Of a stretch of 32,000 nucleotides of DNA, positions 7,931-16,208 are shown piece by piece. Location: positions 3,000,001 through 3,032,000 of the forward strand of contig CP104013.1 in NCBI GenBank assembly GCA_025839675.1. Reading direction: 5' to 3'. The translations under genes and the position numbers were made by a program. The notes under the pieces are model-generated. The model worked only from the letters and a program-made list of their open reading frames with translations, was not told the origin of the DNA and made no database searches. Source of the DNA: Candidatus Lokiarchaeum ossiferum. GTDB lineage: Archaea > Asgardarchaeota > Lokiarchaeia > Sigyniarchaeales > Promethearchaeaceae. Positions within the stretch are counted from its first letter, which is position 1. Each line of letters opens with the position of its first letter.

Positions 7931-8977
7931 TCAGACTTTAGATGCAAGATCATCTAAAAATTGCTGATCCGCGTTAGCAGAAATTCCTTGATCTTTCGGT
8001 TTTTGACTAATGCGGGCATCGCTAACAGATAATTTGCTCGTTCCACTTGTAAAATCATAGATGGACTTATTCACATAATAATTTGTCATGGAAGCTAAAG
8101 TACTAACTTGCGAAGCGAAAGGCGCGTAAAGTAAGCATATCTGTTTTCCAATTTGAATTGGGGGTTTTCCTAAAATCTTAAAGGTGGCTTGAAAGATACT
8201 TTGTTCCTTTGCCCCGCCGATTTGTTCTGCCAAATCATCTAAATCACTTTGCACGATGATTTCGGGAAAATGATCACTGTAAACTAATGATCCAAAATTG
8301 TTGGTCTTATAGATAGATGAAAGGCGTTGATTAGATGTATCATACCCTCCTGTTAAGTTAACTACACTTACAGATTGTTTCTGGGTTTAGTATCCGAAAT
8401 CCCACACCGCATCGTTTGTCGTAGTCATATCTACTATTATGGACACGCCCTGGGTAGTAGTCATATCATCTGCGTGAATAAAAAGGTTAGATTCTATTCT
8501 AAAGCCCCAATTTTCATATGTACACAAAGTTCGATAAATTTCGTTAATTGTTTTCAGTTGGGCAATTGTGAAAATTGCATCTCGTTTTTTTGCATCACGT
8601 TCATCTAAGGTCAGGGATCGATCGGGGGTGAATTTATAATGTTTCAACTTAGGAATAGGATTAAAATAGGCGATATTTTGGGATCGATAGTAGTCCTCTA
8701 CTTGATCAAAGAAGGAATGTAAAATAGAAAGATTATAGCGTTTAGATGATTCCTTAAAATTATTAGGATGGGTATCTAAATAATTAAGATAATTCTCTGC
8801 ATCAATACGGTTAATTTGTGTAACATCATAGATATTAATGTATTTTAGGAATCGTGTAATTGCACTTCGATACCCTGATTCAGTCCCTTTCCCTGTTCGC
8901 AATTTCTTAGTCAAATAGCTTTGGACAAGTTCCTGACTTTCAATTGGCATTAGACCTTCTAATTCAGTTAAAATCAT
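7931..8977 (-). pseudogene. Tyrosine recombinase (phage-integrase family)-like gene interrupted by one in-frame TAA, with a degenerate catalytic half
   Basis: The N-terminal 196 aa have a SAM-like integrase N-domain (YRSAITRFLKYI...AENYLNYL...SILHSFFDQVEDYY) and the first catalytic-Arg box (ENWGFRIESNLFIHADDM). The frame stops at TAA 8389-8387. I translated codon by codon and it stays open in the same frame through 8386..7934. Downstream I cannot find the K, HxxR or LGH boxes; only a possible ...TNYYV tyrosine. Confidence 0.6.
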
Positions 8978-9441
8978 TCAATTAGCCCCCATTTTTTACT
9001 TTTAGGCTTAAATTCAATCCCTTTGCAATTTGAAAGAATATTATTAATCATTTCACTATCTACATCTAATAATTCACGCAATTTTGTTCTCGATTGATCA
9101 CCAAATATTTCTAAAGTCTTAAGAACTTGTTTTTCATAGTCCGTGGTAGGGATATTGGACATGTTTTTCTTCATTTCCTGCATCATTTCCCCTAGCATCA
9201 TACGCATGTTGATTTCCATATCATCTATCTTTTGATCCACTTTTTCGATTTCATTTACAAGGGATTCCTGCTTGGTGGTTGTTTGCTGTTCCCCATACAC
9301 TAATTTGTTCATAGTATTTCGAACAATTTTAGATAAAGGGATGTTGGATTTAGTCGCATAGTCTTTCCATGCAATTAAATCTTTAGGCGATACACGAATG
9401 GTATATTTTTCCTTTTTTTCTTGATGAACTAATTTCGGCAT
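8974..9441 (-). CDS. Ribbon-helix-helix (CopG/Arc-like) DNA-binding protein with C-terminal wHTH-like domain
   Basis: The N-terminal KYTIRVSPKDLIAWKDYATKSNIPLSKIVRNTMNKLV fits a strand-helix-helix pattern. The stop overlaps the integrase start by 4 nt (ATGA). Confidence 0.6.
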   Translation of the reverse strand: MPKLVHQEKKEKYTIRVSPKDLIAWKDYATKSNIPLSKIVRNTMNKLVYGEQQTTTKQESLVNEIEKVDQKIDDMEINMRMMLGEMMQEMKKNMSNIPTTDYEKQVLKTLEIFGDQSRTKLRELLDVDSEMINNILSNCKGIEFKPKSKKWGLIE

Positions 9442-9698
9442 TGTATCCTCAAACAGTAATTACCTGCAAAAGTATATAAAAGTATGGACAAATCATATCA
9501 ATTGACCATACGTTTGATCTTGTTAATAAAATTTTATGAAAAAAAAAAAAATGGATGTTGGTTAATTGGGTTAAATTTGGTTTCAAACGATATTAATCAT
9601 GAACCGGATATATACAGTAGGGAGTTATGATGTACCGACGGTATAGGTTGGTTTGATAATAATTATTGCTTCGATTCGACATGACTATGACAACTCAT

Positions 9699-9789
9699 TG
9701 TATTATGTAATACATAATATTTTTTGTATTACAGTAAATAATAGGAAATTCAAATATATAAAGTAACACATAAATTTTTTCTGTATTAC
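9699..9789. promoter_or_regulatory. Array of TGTATTAC / GTAATACA half-sites (putative RHH operator) around a TATA-like box upstream of 9806
   Basis: TGTATTA-TG-TAATACA palindrome at 9699-9714. TGTATTAC at 9725-9732 and 9782-9789. GTAACACA (one mismatch, inverted) at 9763-9770. AAATATATAAAG at 9751-9762 lies between the sites. Confidence 0.45.
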
Positions 9790-9805
9790 CTTCGTTTATT
9801 ATATT

Positions 9806-10483
9806 ATGGGAGGAAAGCCCAATCAAAAAACTCCATCGAAAGTATTTACAATTCGAATCGATGAACTGACTCTCGCCGAATTAGAAATGATCAAGAATAT
9901 TCAATCGGTGAAATCTACGGGCAAGTTAATTAAGCAAGCAATAAATACATATATTGCAATGAATCCCTATAATCCTGAAAGACCAAATCCAAAGCTTATT
10001 ATGAGCTATAATATTTTTAAGCCTCTTATGGATCTTGCTTCAGATGACGTTTTACGAGAGATGGCCCAAATTTCGTATGACAATGGGGTTTCCGATACAA
10101 AAAATATCCAACAAGAGTTATTACGATCTGGATTGAAATATGAACATACATTTAAAGACGAAGTGGAACAGGTGATTCATGTTTTAGATTTTGTTCTAAA
10201 ACCCCAAGGGCAAAATTGGTTTTACAATGCATCTTACCAGCTAAAAAACGATCAATTTTTTATCAAAGGAGAGCACGCCTTAGGAAAAAATTTTTCTATT
10301 TTCATTAAATATCTCCTTCAAAACTATCTCAAGGAGGCAAATATGGAACTAATTCAGGAAGACTATAGTGAAATTCAAAGAATCCAGAAAAACATTAAAG
10401 GAATTCCCACAAATACTATAATTAATGGGGTAAGTTTTTTTTTCCAGCAAAAAACGACTCAAAATGCAGAACCTATAGAATAG
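9806..10483 (+). CDS. Ribbon-helix-helix DNA-binding protein with uncharacterised C-terminal domain
   Basis: The N-terminal KVFTIRIDELTLAELEMIKNIQSVKSTGKLIKQAINTYI fits the RHH pattern and resembles the N-terminus of the 8974..9441 product (K-[YF]-TIR-[VI]). Confidence 0.55.
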   Translation: MGGKPNQKTPSKVFTIRIDELTLAELEMIKNIQSVKSTGKLIKQAINTYIAMNPYNPERPNPKLIMSYNIFKPLMDLASDDVLREMAQISYDNGVSDTKNIQQELLRSGLKYEHTFKDEVEQVIHVLDFVLKPQGQNWFYNASYQLKNDQFFIKGEHALGKNFSIFIKYLLQNYLKEANMELIQEDYSEIQRIQKNIKGIPTNTIINGVSFFFQQKTTQNAEPIE

Positions 10484-10633
10484 ACTAGAACTTTTATATT
10501 CGTTTTAAAAATTTTTATTTTTAGCAAAATCTTGAATTCCTATGTGAGCAATGCTCATTTTCAGATCCTTTATGTGGGAAGTATCATTGTACTAAATAAC
10601 TAACTGGTATAGAAGGGAAGGGAATTGAAAAAA

Positions 10634-11530
10634 ATGCGAATTATCAGAATTAATCAAGAAATTTGTACCAGATGTGGTCAATGTTTATCTCAATGCTCTT
10701 CACGTCTACTATCATTTTCAGAAAAGGAAGAAGGATCTAAAAATTCGACGAAACTGATCTTTAAGGATCCTACCAATTCATGCAGTTTATGCGGACATTG
10801 TCTAGCAGTATGTCCCACAGAAGCAATCGAATATGATAAAGGAGATCCATGTTTTACTTCTGCAGCAATTCTGGATCCAAAACACTATTCCTATGATAAT
10901 ATTCTTGAAATCTTACGAGCTCGAAGATCTATCCGACAATATCATGCGAAAGCTGTCTCCCGGGAAGATATAAAAGCAATTTTGGAAGCAATGCGATATG
11001 CACCGAGTGCCAGCAACGAGCAAAACTGGGAATATCTCATACTAACGGATTCGAAGCAAATCCAAGAATTTTCCCAGAAAGTTCTGAACATGATCCGACT
11101 CACCTATAAATTAGTTTCTAATTCTTTGATCAATACATTGTTTCTCTGGGGACCGACTAGAAAGCTGGCTCGTGATCCTAGCTTCCTCTTTTCCATGAAA
11201 AATCTTTTGAACCGAGCAGATCGAGGAGAAGATCCCATATTCTTCAAAGCTCCATGCATAATTTTATTACACTCTCCCATTTATGGAAACTTAGCAGGGA
11301 ATGATGCAGGAATTGCTTTAACTCATGGAATGCTGGCAGCCCGATCCCTCGGACTTGGAACATGTTGGATCGGAATTGCTCAGGAAACCATGCAAAGGAT
11401 TGGAAAATTTAATCGCTGGTTAGGAATCCCTAAAGGAAGAACAGTTTGGGGAATGTTTACTTTAGGTCATCCAAAAGAATCATTTCAACGGGCACCTCCT
11501 CGTGAACCTCTTAGAATAGTATGGAAATAA
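10634..11530 (+). CDS. Ferredoxin (2x[4Fe-4S]) domain fused to a nitroreductase-family flavoenzyme
   Basis: CTRCGQCLSQC and CSLCGHCLAVCP cluster motifs. Then RRSIRQY, APSASNEQNWEYLIL and a C-terminal CWIG...G nitroreductase pattern. ATG at 10634 is preferred to TTG at 10625. Confidence 0.8.
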   Translation: MRIIRINQEICTRCGQCLSQCSSRLLSFSEKEEGSKNSTKLIFKDPTNSCSLCGHCLAVCPTEAIEYDKGDPCFTSAAILDPKHYSYDNILEILRARRSIRQYHAKAVSREDIKAILEAMRYAPSASNEQNWEYLILTDSKQIQEFSQKVLNMIRLTYKLVSNSLINTLFLWGPTRKLARDPSFLFSMKNLLNRADRGEDPIFFKAPCIILLHSPIYGNLAGNDAGIALTHGMLAARSLGLGTCWIGIAQETMQRIGKFNRWLGIPKGRTVWGMFTLGHPKESFQRAPPREPLRIVWK

Positions 11531-11625
11531 GAGAATCAAAAAAAAATGCTAACCATAGGTCTCTATAACACCTATATCTTTTTTTAATCAAATACAGTTA
11601 TATAGAATAATTGCAGGAATCACTC

Positions 11626-12669
11626 ATGTCTACAAAAACACACCACTCCCAAAAGAAAGCTTTGATCACTGGAGCAAACGGATTTGTCGGGAGTCATCTT
11701 ACCAAATTCTTGGCCGATCAAGGGATCGATACCTATGCTTATATCCTGAAAGGAACAAATTGCGATTTACTGAAAATTTTACACCCTACCTTAACCAATG
11801 TGACAATTATTGAAGGAAATGTGCTAGATCAAGCTTCCCTTGAACAGCACTTCCAGGGAATGGATTATATTTTCCATCTAGCAGGGGTGATTACGGGATA
11901 TTCACAAAAAGATTTTGATCGCATTAACCTTCAAGGCACACGAAATGTCATTAAAGCATGTATGCAGGTAATTCCTGATCTAGAACGCCTTGTCATCATC
12001 TCATCACTCGCCGCTGCAGGTCCTGGAACAGCCGAAGATCCCCAATGTGAGGATAAACCCGCTACACCCATATTGGATGATTATTATGGAGTATCAAAAT
12101 TCAAAGTTGAATGTGTTGCTAATGCATGTATGGAAGATCTTCCAATTTCGATAGTTCGTCCTTGCACAGTTTTAGGACCAGGAGACCGAGTTTCCTTGGA
12201 TCTCTTCAAATCAGTAAAATCCTATGTAAAAGCTTATGTTGGAGGAGCTCGTAGAAAATATAGTACGGTGGATGTGGGAGATCTAACAAGAGGGATCTAT
12301 GCATGTGCCACTAATCCAAAAGCCATTGGAGAAATCTTTTTCTTCTCTAGTAATGGAACAATTACTTGGGACGAATTACATGAAGTCATTAACGCAAAAG
12401 TTTTTCATCGAAAATATGGGAGTCTTATCAATATCGCCTTTCCAAAATGGATGTTTAAGATATTAACGGTGGTAATGGAAGCAGTATATAAAATTGCCAA
12501 GCAACCCGCGCCCTTCCTAAATCAATCGAAAATGCTTGCCGCATCGGCCCCAGGCCAATGTGTCAGCAATGAAAAAGCCAAACGTCTACTCGGATGGTAC
12601 CCCCAAGAAACAATTATTTCAACCGTGGTTCGTGAAGGTCTATGGTTTCAAGAACAAGGATGGATTTAA
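11626..12669 (+). CDS. Extended SDR, NAD-dependent epimerase/dehydratase / 3-beta-HSD-like
   Basis: ITGANGFVGSHL Rossmann motif, HLAG, the YGVSK catalytic YxxxK, and a C-terminal amphipathic/hydrophobic helix KWMFKILTVVMEAVYKIA. ATG at 11626 is preferred to TTG at 11611. Confidence 0.8.
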   Translation: MSTKTHHSQKKALITGANGFVGSHLTKFLADQGIDTYAYILKGTNCDLLKILHPTLTNVTIIEGNVLDQASLEQHFQGMDYIFHLAGVITGYSQKDFDRINLQGTRNVIKACMQVIPDLERLVIISSLAAAGPGTAEDPQCEDKPATPILDDYYGVSKFKVECVANACMEDLPISIVRPCTVLGPGDRVSLDLFKSVKSYVKAYVGGARRKYSTVDVGDLTRGIYACATNPKAIGEIFFFSSNGTITWDELHEVINAKVFHRKYGSLINIAFPKWMFKILTVVMEAVYKIAKQPAPFLNQSKMLAASAPGQCVSNEKAKRLLGWYPQETIISTVVREGLWFQEQGWI

Positions 12670-13389
12670 ATGACAATACAATTACCAGAAACGGACAATT
12701 CGCATGTCCCAGCCCGAGAATTACTTTTATTGGCAATACCCGTCTGTCTTATCTTTGCGGTTTCGGGAATGGATTTTGTGGGTTATTTTATCAATAAATT
12801 AGCTGCAGCCGATCCTTACTCGCGGAGTTTATTAAATGTTTTACTCGGATTTCTCTTTACTACCTTGGCACTAGTAGTTCTCCCAATAATCGTGATTAAA
12901 AAACGATGGCAAAAACCTCTTTCCTACTTTGGAACCAAGCCGGGTAATAAAAAGTGGGGCATCATTATTTGCCTAGCTTTTATCTTGGCAACCCCCATCT
13001 TTTATTTCAGCTCAAATGATGCTAATTTAATTAACACCTATCCATTAACCAAGGACGCCTTATCTTCATGGGGATTTTTTGTCTTCTATGAACTTCTCTA
13101 TGTAGTATTCTACTATATTCCTTATGAATTCTTCTTCCGAGGAGTCTTACAGTTGGGATTAAGTAAAACATGGAAAAAATGGCAAAGCATTCTTTTTGTC
13201 ACTATCCTTACAACTTTCCTACATCTGACTAAACCCTTTACTGAGATCATAGCTGCCGCTTTCGCAGGGATTTTATTTGGGATCATTGCGGAAAAAACCG
13301 ATTCTTGGTATTATGTCTTCCTATTACATATAACAGTTGGGATTCTTACCGATACATTTTGCGGGATGCGCTTTTTAGGAGTGATTTAA
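12670..13389 (+). CDS. CPBP-family (Rce1/CAAX-protease-like, 'Abi') intramembrane glutamic protease
   Basis: Polytopic membrane protein with YEFFFRGVLQ (EExxxR-like motif 1), FLHL and LLHITVG histidine motifs. The start follows the previous stop directly (TAAATG). Confidence 0.6.
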   Translation: MTIQLPETDNSHVPARELLLLAIPVCLIFAVSGMDFVGYFINKLAAADPYSRSLLNVLLGFLFTTLALVVLPIIVIKKRWQKPLSYFGTKPGNKKWGIIICLAFILATPIFYFSSNDANLINTYPLTKDALSSWGFFVFYELLYVVFYYIPYEFFFRGVLQLGLSKTWKKWQSILFVTILTTFLHLTKPFTEIIAAAFAGILFGIIAEKTDSWYYVFLLHITVGILTDTFCGMRFLGVI

Positions 13390-13392
13390 AAG

Positions 13393-14454
13393 ATGGTCAT
13401 TCCAGATGACGTATCAATCCGGCCAAAAGTGCTCATTACAGGTGCCAATGGTTTTGTGGGCAGTAATTTAACCAAGTATTTAAGTCAAGATACCAATCTG
13501 GATGTTTATGCAATGGTCCGACCCAATGCACCGGTCAATTTTTTATACGATTTTCAAAAACATCCACAAACGGGTGAAAATCTATTCGAAATCGTGGAAG
13601 CCAATCTTTTAGATGAGAGATCCATTGAAAATGCGGTGAAAGGCATGAATATGATTGTACACTTAGCGGGTTTTGTCAGTGATTGGGGAGATCGGTCCCG
13701 TTTTTGGGAATTTAATGTCAAAGGAACCAAACGGATCTTACGAGCCGCTTCTAAAGCGAAGGTTTCCCGTATTATTTATCTAAGTTCTCTAACAGTTCAC
13801 GCGATGAACGGGCATACTTACGCGGATGAAACAACCCCACGGGATGTGAAAAATTTTGCGTATGGAGAGTCAAAAAGAGAAGGGGAGGATCTCGTCACAG
13901 AATGGGCAACTACAGCACCTTCCAATGAAAAACGAAAAGTTGCCATAGTACGTCCTGGTTGGATTATTTATGGCCCTTACGATACAAATTCTTATATTAC
14001 AGCTTTGGATGGCATTGTTACTGGTAAATTTGGTTTCGTGGATAAGGGGAAACATTTGGTTTCTCATGTGTATGTTGAAAATCTCTGTTATGGCATTGGG
14101 CTATTACTTCATGCTTCTCATATCCACGGTGCTTACAATATTTTAGATGGTAATATGACATGGAAGAAATGGGTTCACCAATGGGCAAAGGTAGCAGATA
14201 CGAAAATTCCACGATTAAGTGTTCCATATTGGTGTATGGTGCCTGTTGCTGCGATTCTCGTGGGAATTTATAAACTCTTCCGAATTAAAACCTCACCTAT
14301 CCTCAATTTTTACCGCATCCGTATTATGCATCGGGATTTAGCGTTCGTGAATACCCGTATCTCTACAGAAGTGGGGTATGAAATGCCTGTGCCTTTTAAA
14401 GAAGGAATCGAAAGGACCTTGGCGTTTTATGAAACAGTATATGGAAAAATATAA
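13393..14454 (+). CDS. Extended SDR, NAD-dependent epimerase/dehydratase / 3-beta-HSD-like (paralog of 11626..12669)
   Basis: ITGANGFVGSNL, HLAG, YGESK, and the hydrophobic helix YWCMVPVAAILVGIYKLF. A GGAGTGA Shine-Dalgarno-like sequence lies upstream, and the start is 3 nt after the CPBP stop. Confidence 0.8.
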   Translation: MVIPDDVSIRPKVLITGANGFVGSNLTKYLSQDTNLDVYAMVRPNAPVNFLYDFQKHPQTGENLFEIVEANLLDERSIENAVKGMNMIVHLAGFVSDWGDRSRFWEFNVKGTKRILRAASKAKVSRIIYLSSLTVHAMNGHTYADETTPRDVKNFAYGESKREGEDLVTEWATTAPSNEKRKVAIVRPGWIIYGPYDTNSYITALDGIVTGKFGFVDKGKHLVSHVYVENLCYGIGLLLHASHIHGAYNILDGNMTWKKWVHQWAKVADTKIPRLSVPYWCMVPVAAILVGIYKLFRIKTSPILNFYRIRIMHRDLAFVNTRISTEVGYEMPVPFKEGIERTLAFYETVYGKI

Positions 14455-14469
14455 AAAAAATAGGAAAAT

Positions 14470-15273
14470 TTACTCTTTGATTTTTTCACTTAATTCAGCC
14501 TTCTTCTTTTTATCCCTGATATATACGAGTACGTTAGCAAGTATTAACATGAGAACTAAAACTCCGAAAATAATGTAAAAAATCATATTGAACATTCCAG
14601 ATTTTTGATCTAATTGATCGAGAGTCATTTTTTTAATATCATCACTAGTCATATCTACAAATATGATACTCCCCAAATAAGAAAAAAATAAAGCCCGAGG
14701 AACCGATCCGACAGCAGTTGCAATGTAATATTGTTTGGCTTTAATGTTGGATAACCCTGCAGCATAAGAAATAGGATCAAACATGATCACGGGAACTGCA
14801 CGACCAACAATAATGGCCCAAATTCCCCATTTTTCGATCCATTCATCCATAATTCCAATTATTTTGTCGGCAATACTGAGTTTGTCTCCTGTTGCTTCTA
14901 AAATTGATCGACCACCTTTATTTGCTACATAATATGTGATTGCAGCACTGAGCATAGATCCAATCACCCCTAAAACTGTTCCTTTCCAAAATCCAAAAAT
15001 GATTGAACCGGAAAGAAGAATCAATTCGGAAGGAATGGGTGCTATTAAACTTTGGATCACCATTAGGGCTAAAAATATAAAATAAGCCCAAAATCTCAAA
15101 TCTATTAAGGGAATAATGAAATATTTCAAAATGGTTTCAAATAGAAAGGTCTCTTCTACAATAGTAAGAATAAATACTCCTACAGAAATTATTGCAATGA
15201 GGATAAAGATGATGGCCATGAACGCTTTTTTTTTGGTCCATTCAAATTTGTGTTTATCTTGATTTTCTATCAT
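14470..15273 (-). CDS. DedA / TVP38-TMEM64 (VTT, 'SNARE-associated') family membrane protein, copy A
   Basis: QSLIAPIPSELILLSGSIIFG...GRAVPVIMFDPISYAAGLSNIKAKQYYIATAVGSVPRA matches the VTT-domain pattern. Multiple TM helices. Confidence 0.8.
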   Translation of the reverse strand: MIENQDKHKFEWTKKKAFMAIIFILIAIISVGVFILTIVEETFLFETILKYFIIPLIDLRFWAYFIFLALMVIQSLIAPIPSELILLSGSIIFGFWKGTVLGVIGSMLSAAITYYVANKGGRSILEATGDKLSIADKIIGIMDEWIEKWGIWAIIVGRAVPVIMFDPISYAAGLSNIKAKQYYIATAVGSVPRALFFSYLGSIIFVDMTSDDIKKMTLDQLDQKSGMFNMIFYIIFGVLVLMLILANVLVYIRDKKKKAELSEKIKE

Positions 15274-16091
15274 TATTCTTCAATTTTTTCTTGAATTTCT
15301 TGATGCGATTCACGATTATTCTTCTTTTCTCTTATATAGACAAGTAAATTGGCAAGTGCTAGCATCAAAACGAGTACACCGAAGATAATATAGAAGATTG
15401 TATTAAATTGCCCAGATACTTCTTCCAACCTTCCTGGAGGCAAATTCCGAATATAATCTGGATCTCGATTATCACCGAAGACTTGATTTCCCAAGAAAGC
15501 AAAGAAAAAGGCGCGAGGAATGGAACCAATAAGAGTTGCAATATAATATTGTTTGGCTTTGATATTTGACAATCCCGCTGCATAGGATACTGGATCAAAC
15601 ATAATTAAGGGGACTGCGCGACCAACAATGATAGCCCAAATACCCCAGCTTTCGATCCATTCATCCATAAGTCCAATCATTTTATCAGCAATACTCAACT
15701 TATCCCCAGTAGCTTCTAAGATAGCACGTCCACCTTTGTTTGACACATAATAGGTAATTGCAGCACTGAACATAGATCCAATTACGCCTAGTACAGTTCC
15801 CCACCAAAAACCAAAAATTAAGGATCCGGAAAGAAGAATTAATTCAGAAGGTATCGGAGCAATTAAGCTTTGGATCACCATAAGAAATAGAAAAACAAAA
15901 ACAGCCCAAAAACCGATTTCCAGTAAAGGTACTATAAAATAATCCCTTATTATAGTAAATAGGAAGGTTTCATCCATAATGGTAAGAATAAAAACCCCTA
16001 CAGAAATAATAACGATAATTATAAAAATAATGGCCATAATAACTTTTTTTTTTGTCCATTCAAACTTGCGTTTTTTGTGATTTTCTGACAT
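15273..16091 (-). CDS. DedA / TVP38-TMEM64 family membrane protein, copy B (tandem paralog)
   Basis: Collinear with copy A along the whole length, and most positions are identical by eye. Its stop overlaps the copy A start (TAATG). Confidence 0.8.
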   Translation of the reverse strand: MSENHKKRKFEWTKKKVIMAIIFIIIVIISVGVFILTIMDETFLFTIIRDYFIVPLLEIGFWAVFVFLFLMVIQSLIAPIPSELILLSGSLIFGFWWGTVLGVIGSMFSAAITYYVSNKGGRAILEATGDKLSIADKMIGLMDEWIESWGIWAIIVGRAVPLIMFDPVSYAAGLSNIKAKQYYIATLIGSIPRAFFFAFLGNQVFGDNRDPDYIRNLPPGRLEEVSGQFNTIFYIIFGVLVLMLALANLLVYIREKKNNRESHQEIQEKIEE

Positions 16092-16208
16092 TGACGTAGG
16101 GGAAATAATATAGGTTTTTTAAATATTTTTTTGAATCAAATAATGTCGGATTGGAAAGGGGAAAAAAAAAAGAAAAATACCACTCATAAGCATATTGTCA
16201 TTGGACCA

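Larger units (their letters stand above)
4985..10483. mobile_element. Probable remnant of an integrated element (plasmid/provirus-like island); boundaries approximate
   Basis: Nine orphan ORFs in two opposed modules, visibly more AT-rich than the flanks. It contains a tyrosine-recombinase-like gene with an in-frame stop and two paralogous RHH regulators around a repeat-rich 364-bp control region. No flanking direct repeats were identified by eye. Confidence 0.5.

Noticed and set aside
7750-7953. 67-aa ORF between the integrase tail and the 72-aa gene
   Set aside because: The translation is F/L/K/Y-rich, typical of AT-rich non-coding DNA. It overlaps the integrase-frame end and has no motif.
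8387-8389. Programmed read-through or recoding of the in-frame TAA in the integrase-like gene
   Set aside because: No recoding signal was seen, and the downstream frame lacks recognisable catalytic motifs. Decay or truncation is the simpler explanation. An open frame of about 150 codons in AT-rich DNA is notable but not proof of translation.
12670-13389. Functional link between the CAAX-type (CPBP) protease and the small GTPase at 29019..30050
   Set aside because: The GTPase ends ...VDVKSGWVF with no C-terminal CaaX cysteine, and the genes are 16 kb apart. Prokaryotic CPBP proteins are generally not prenyl-protein proteases.
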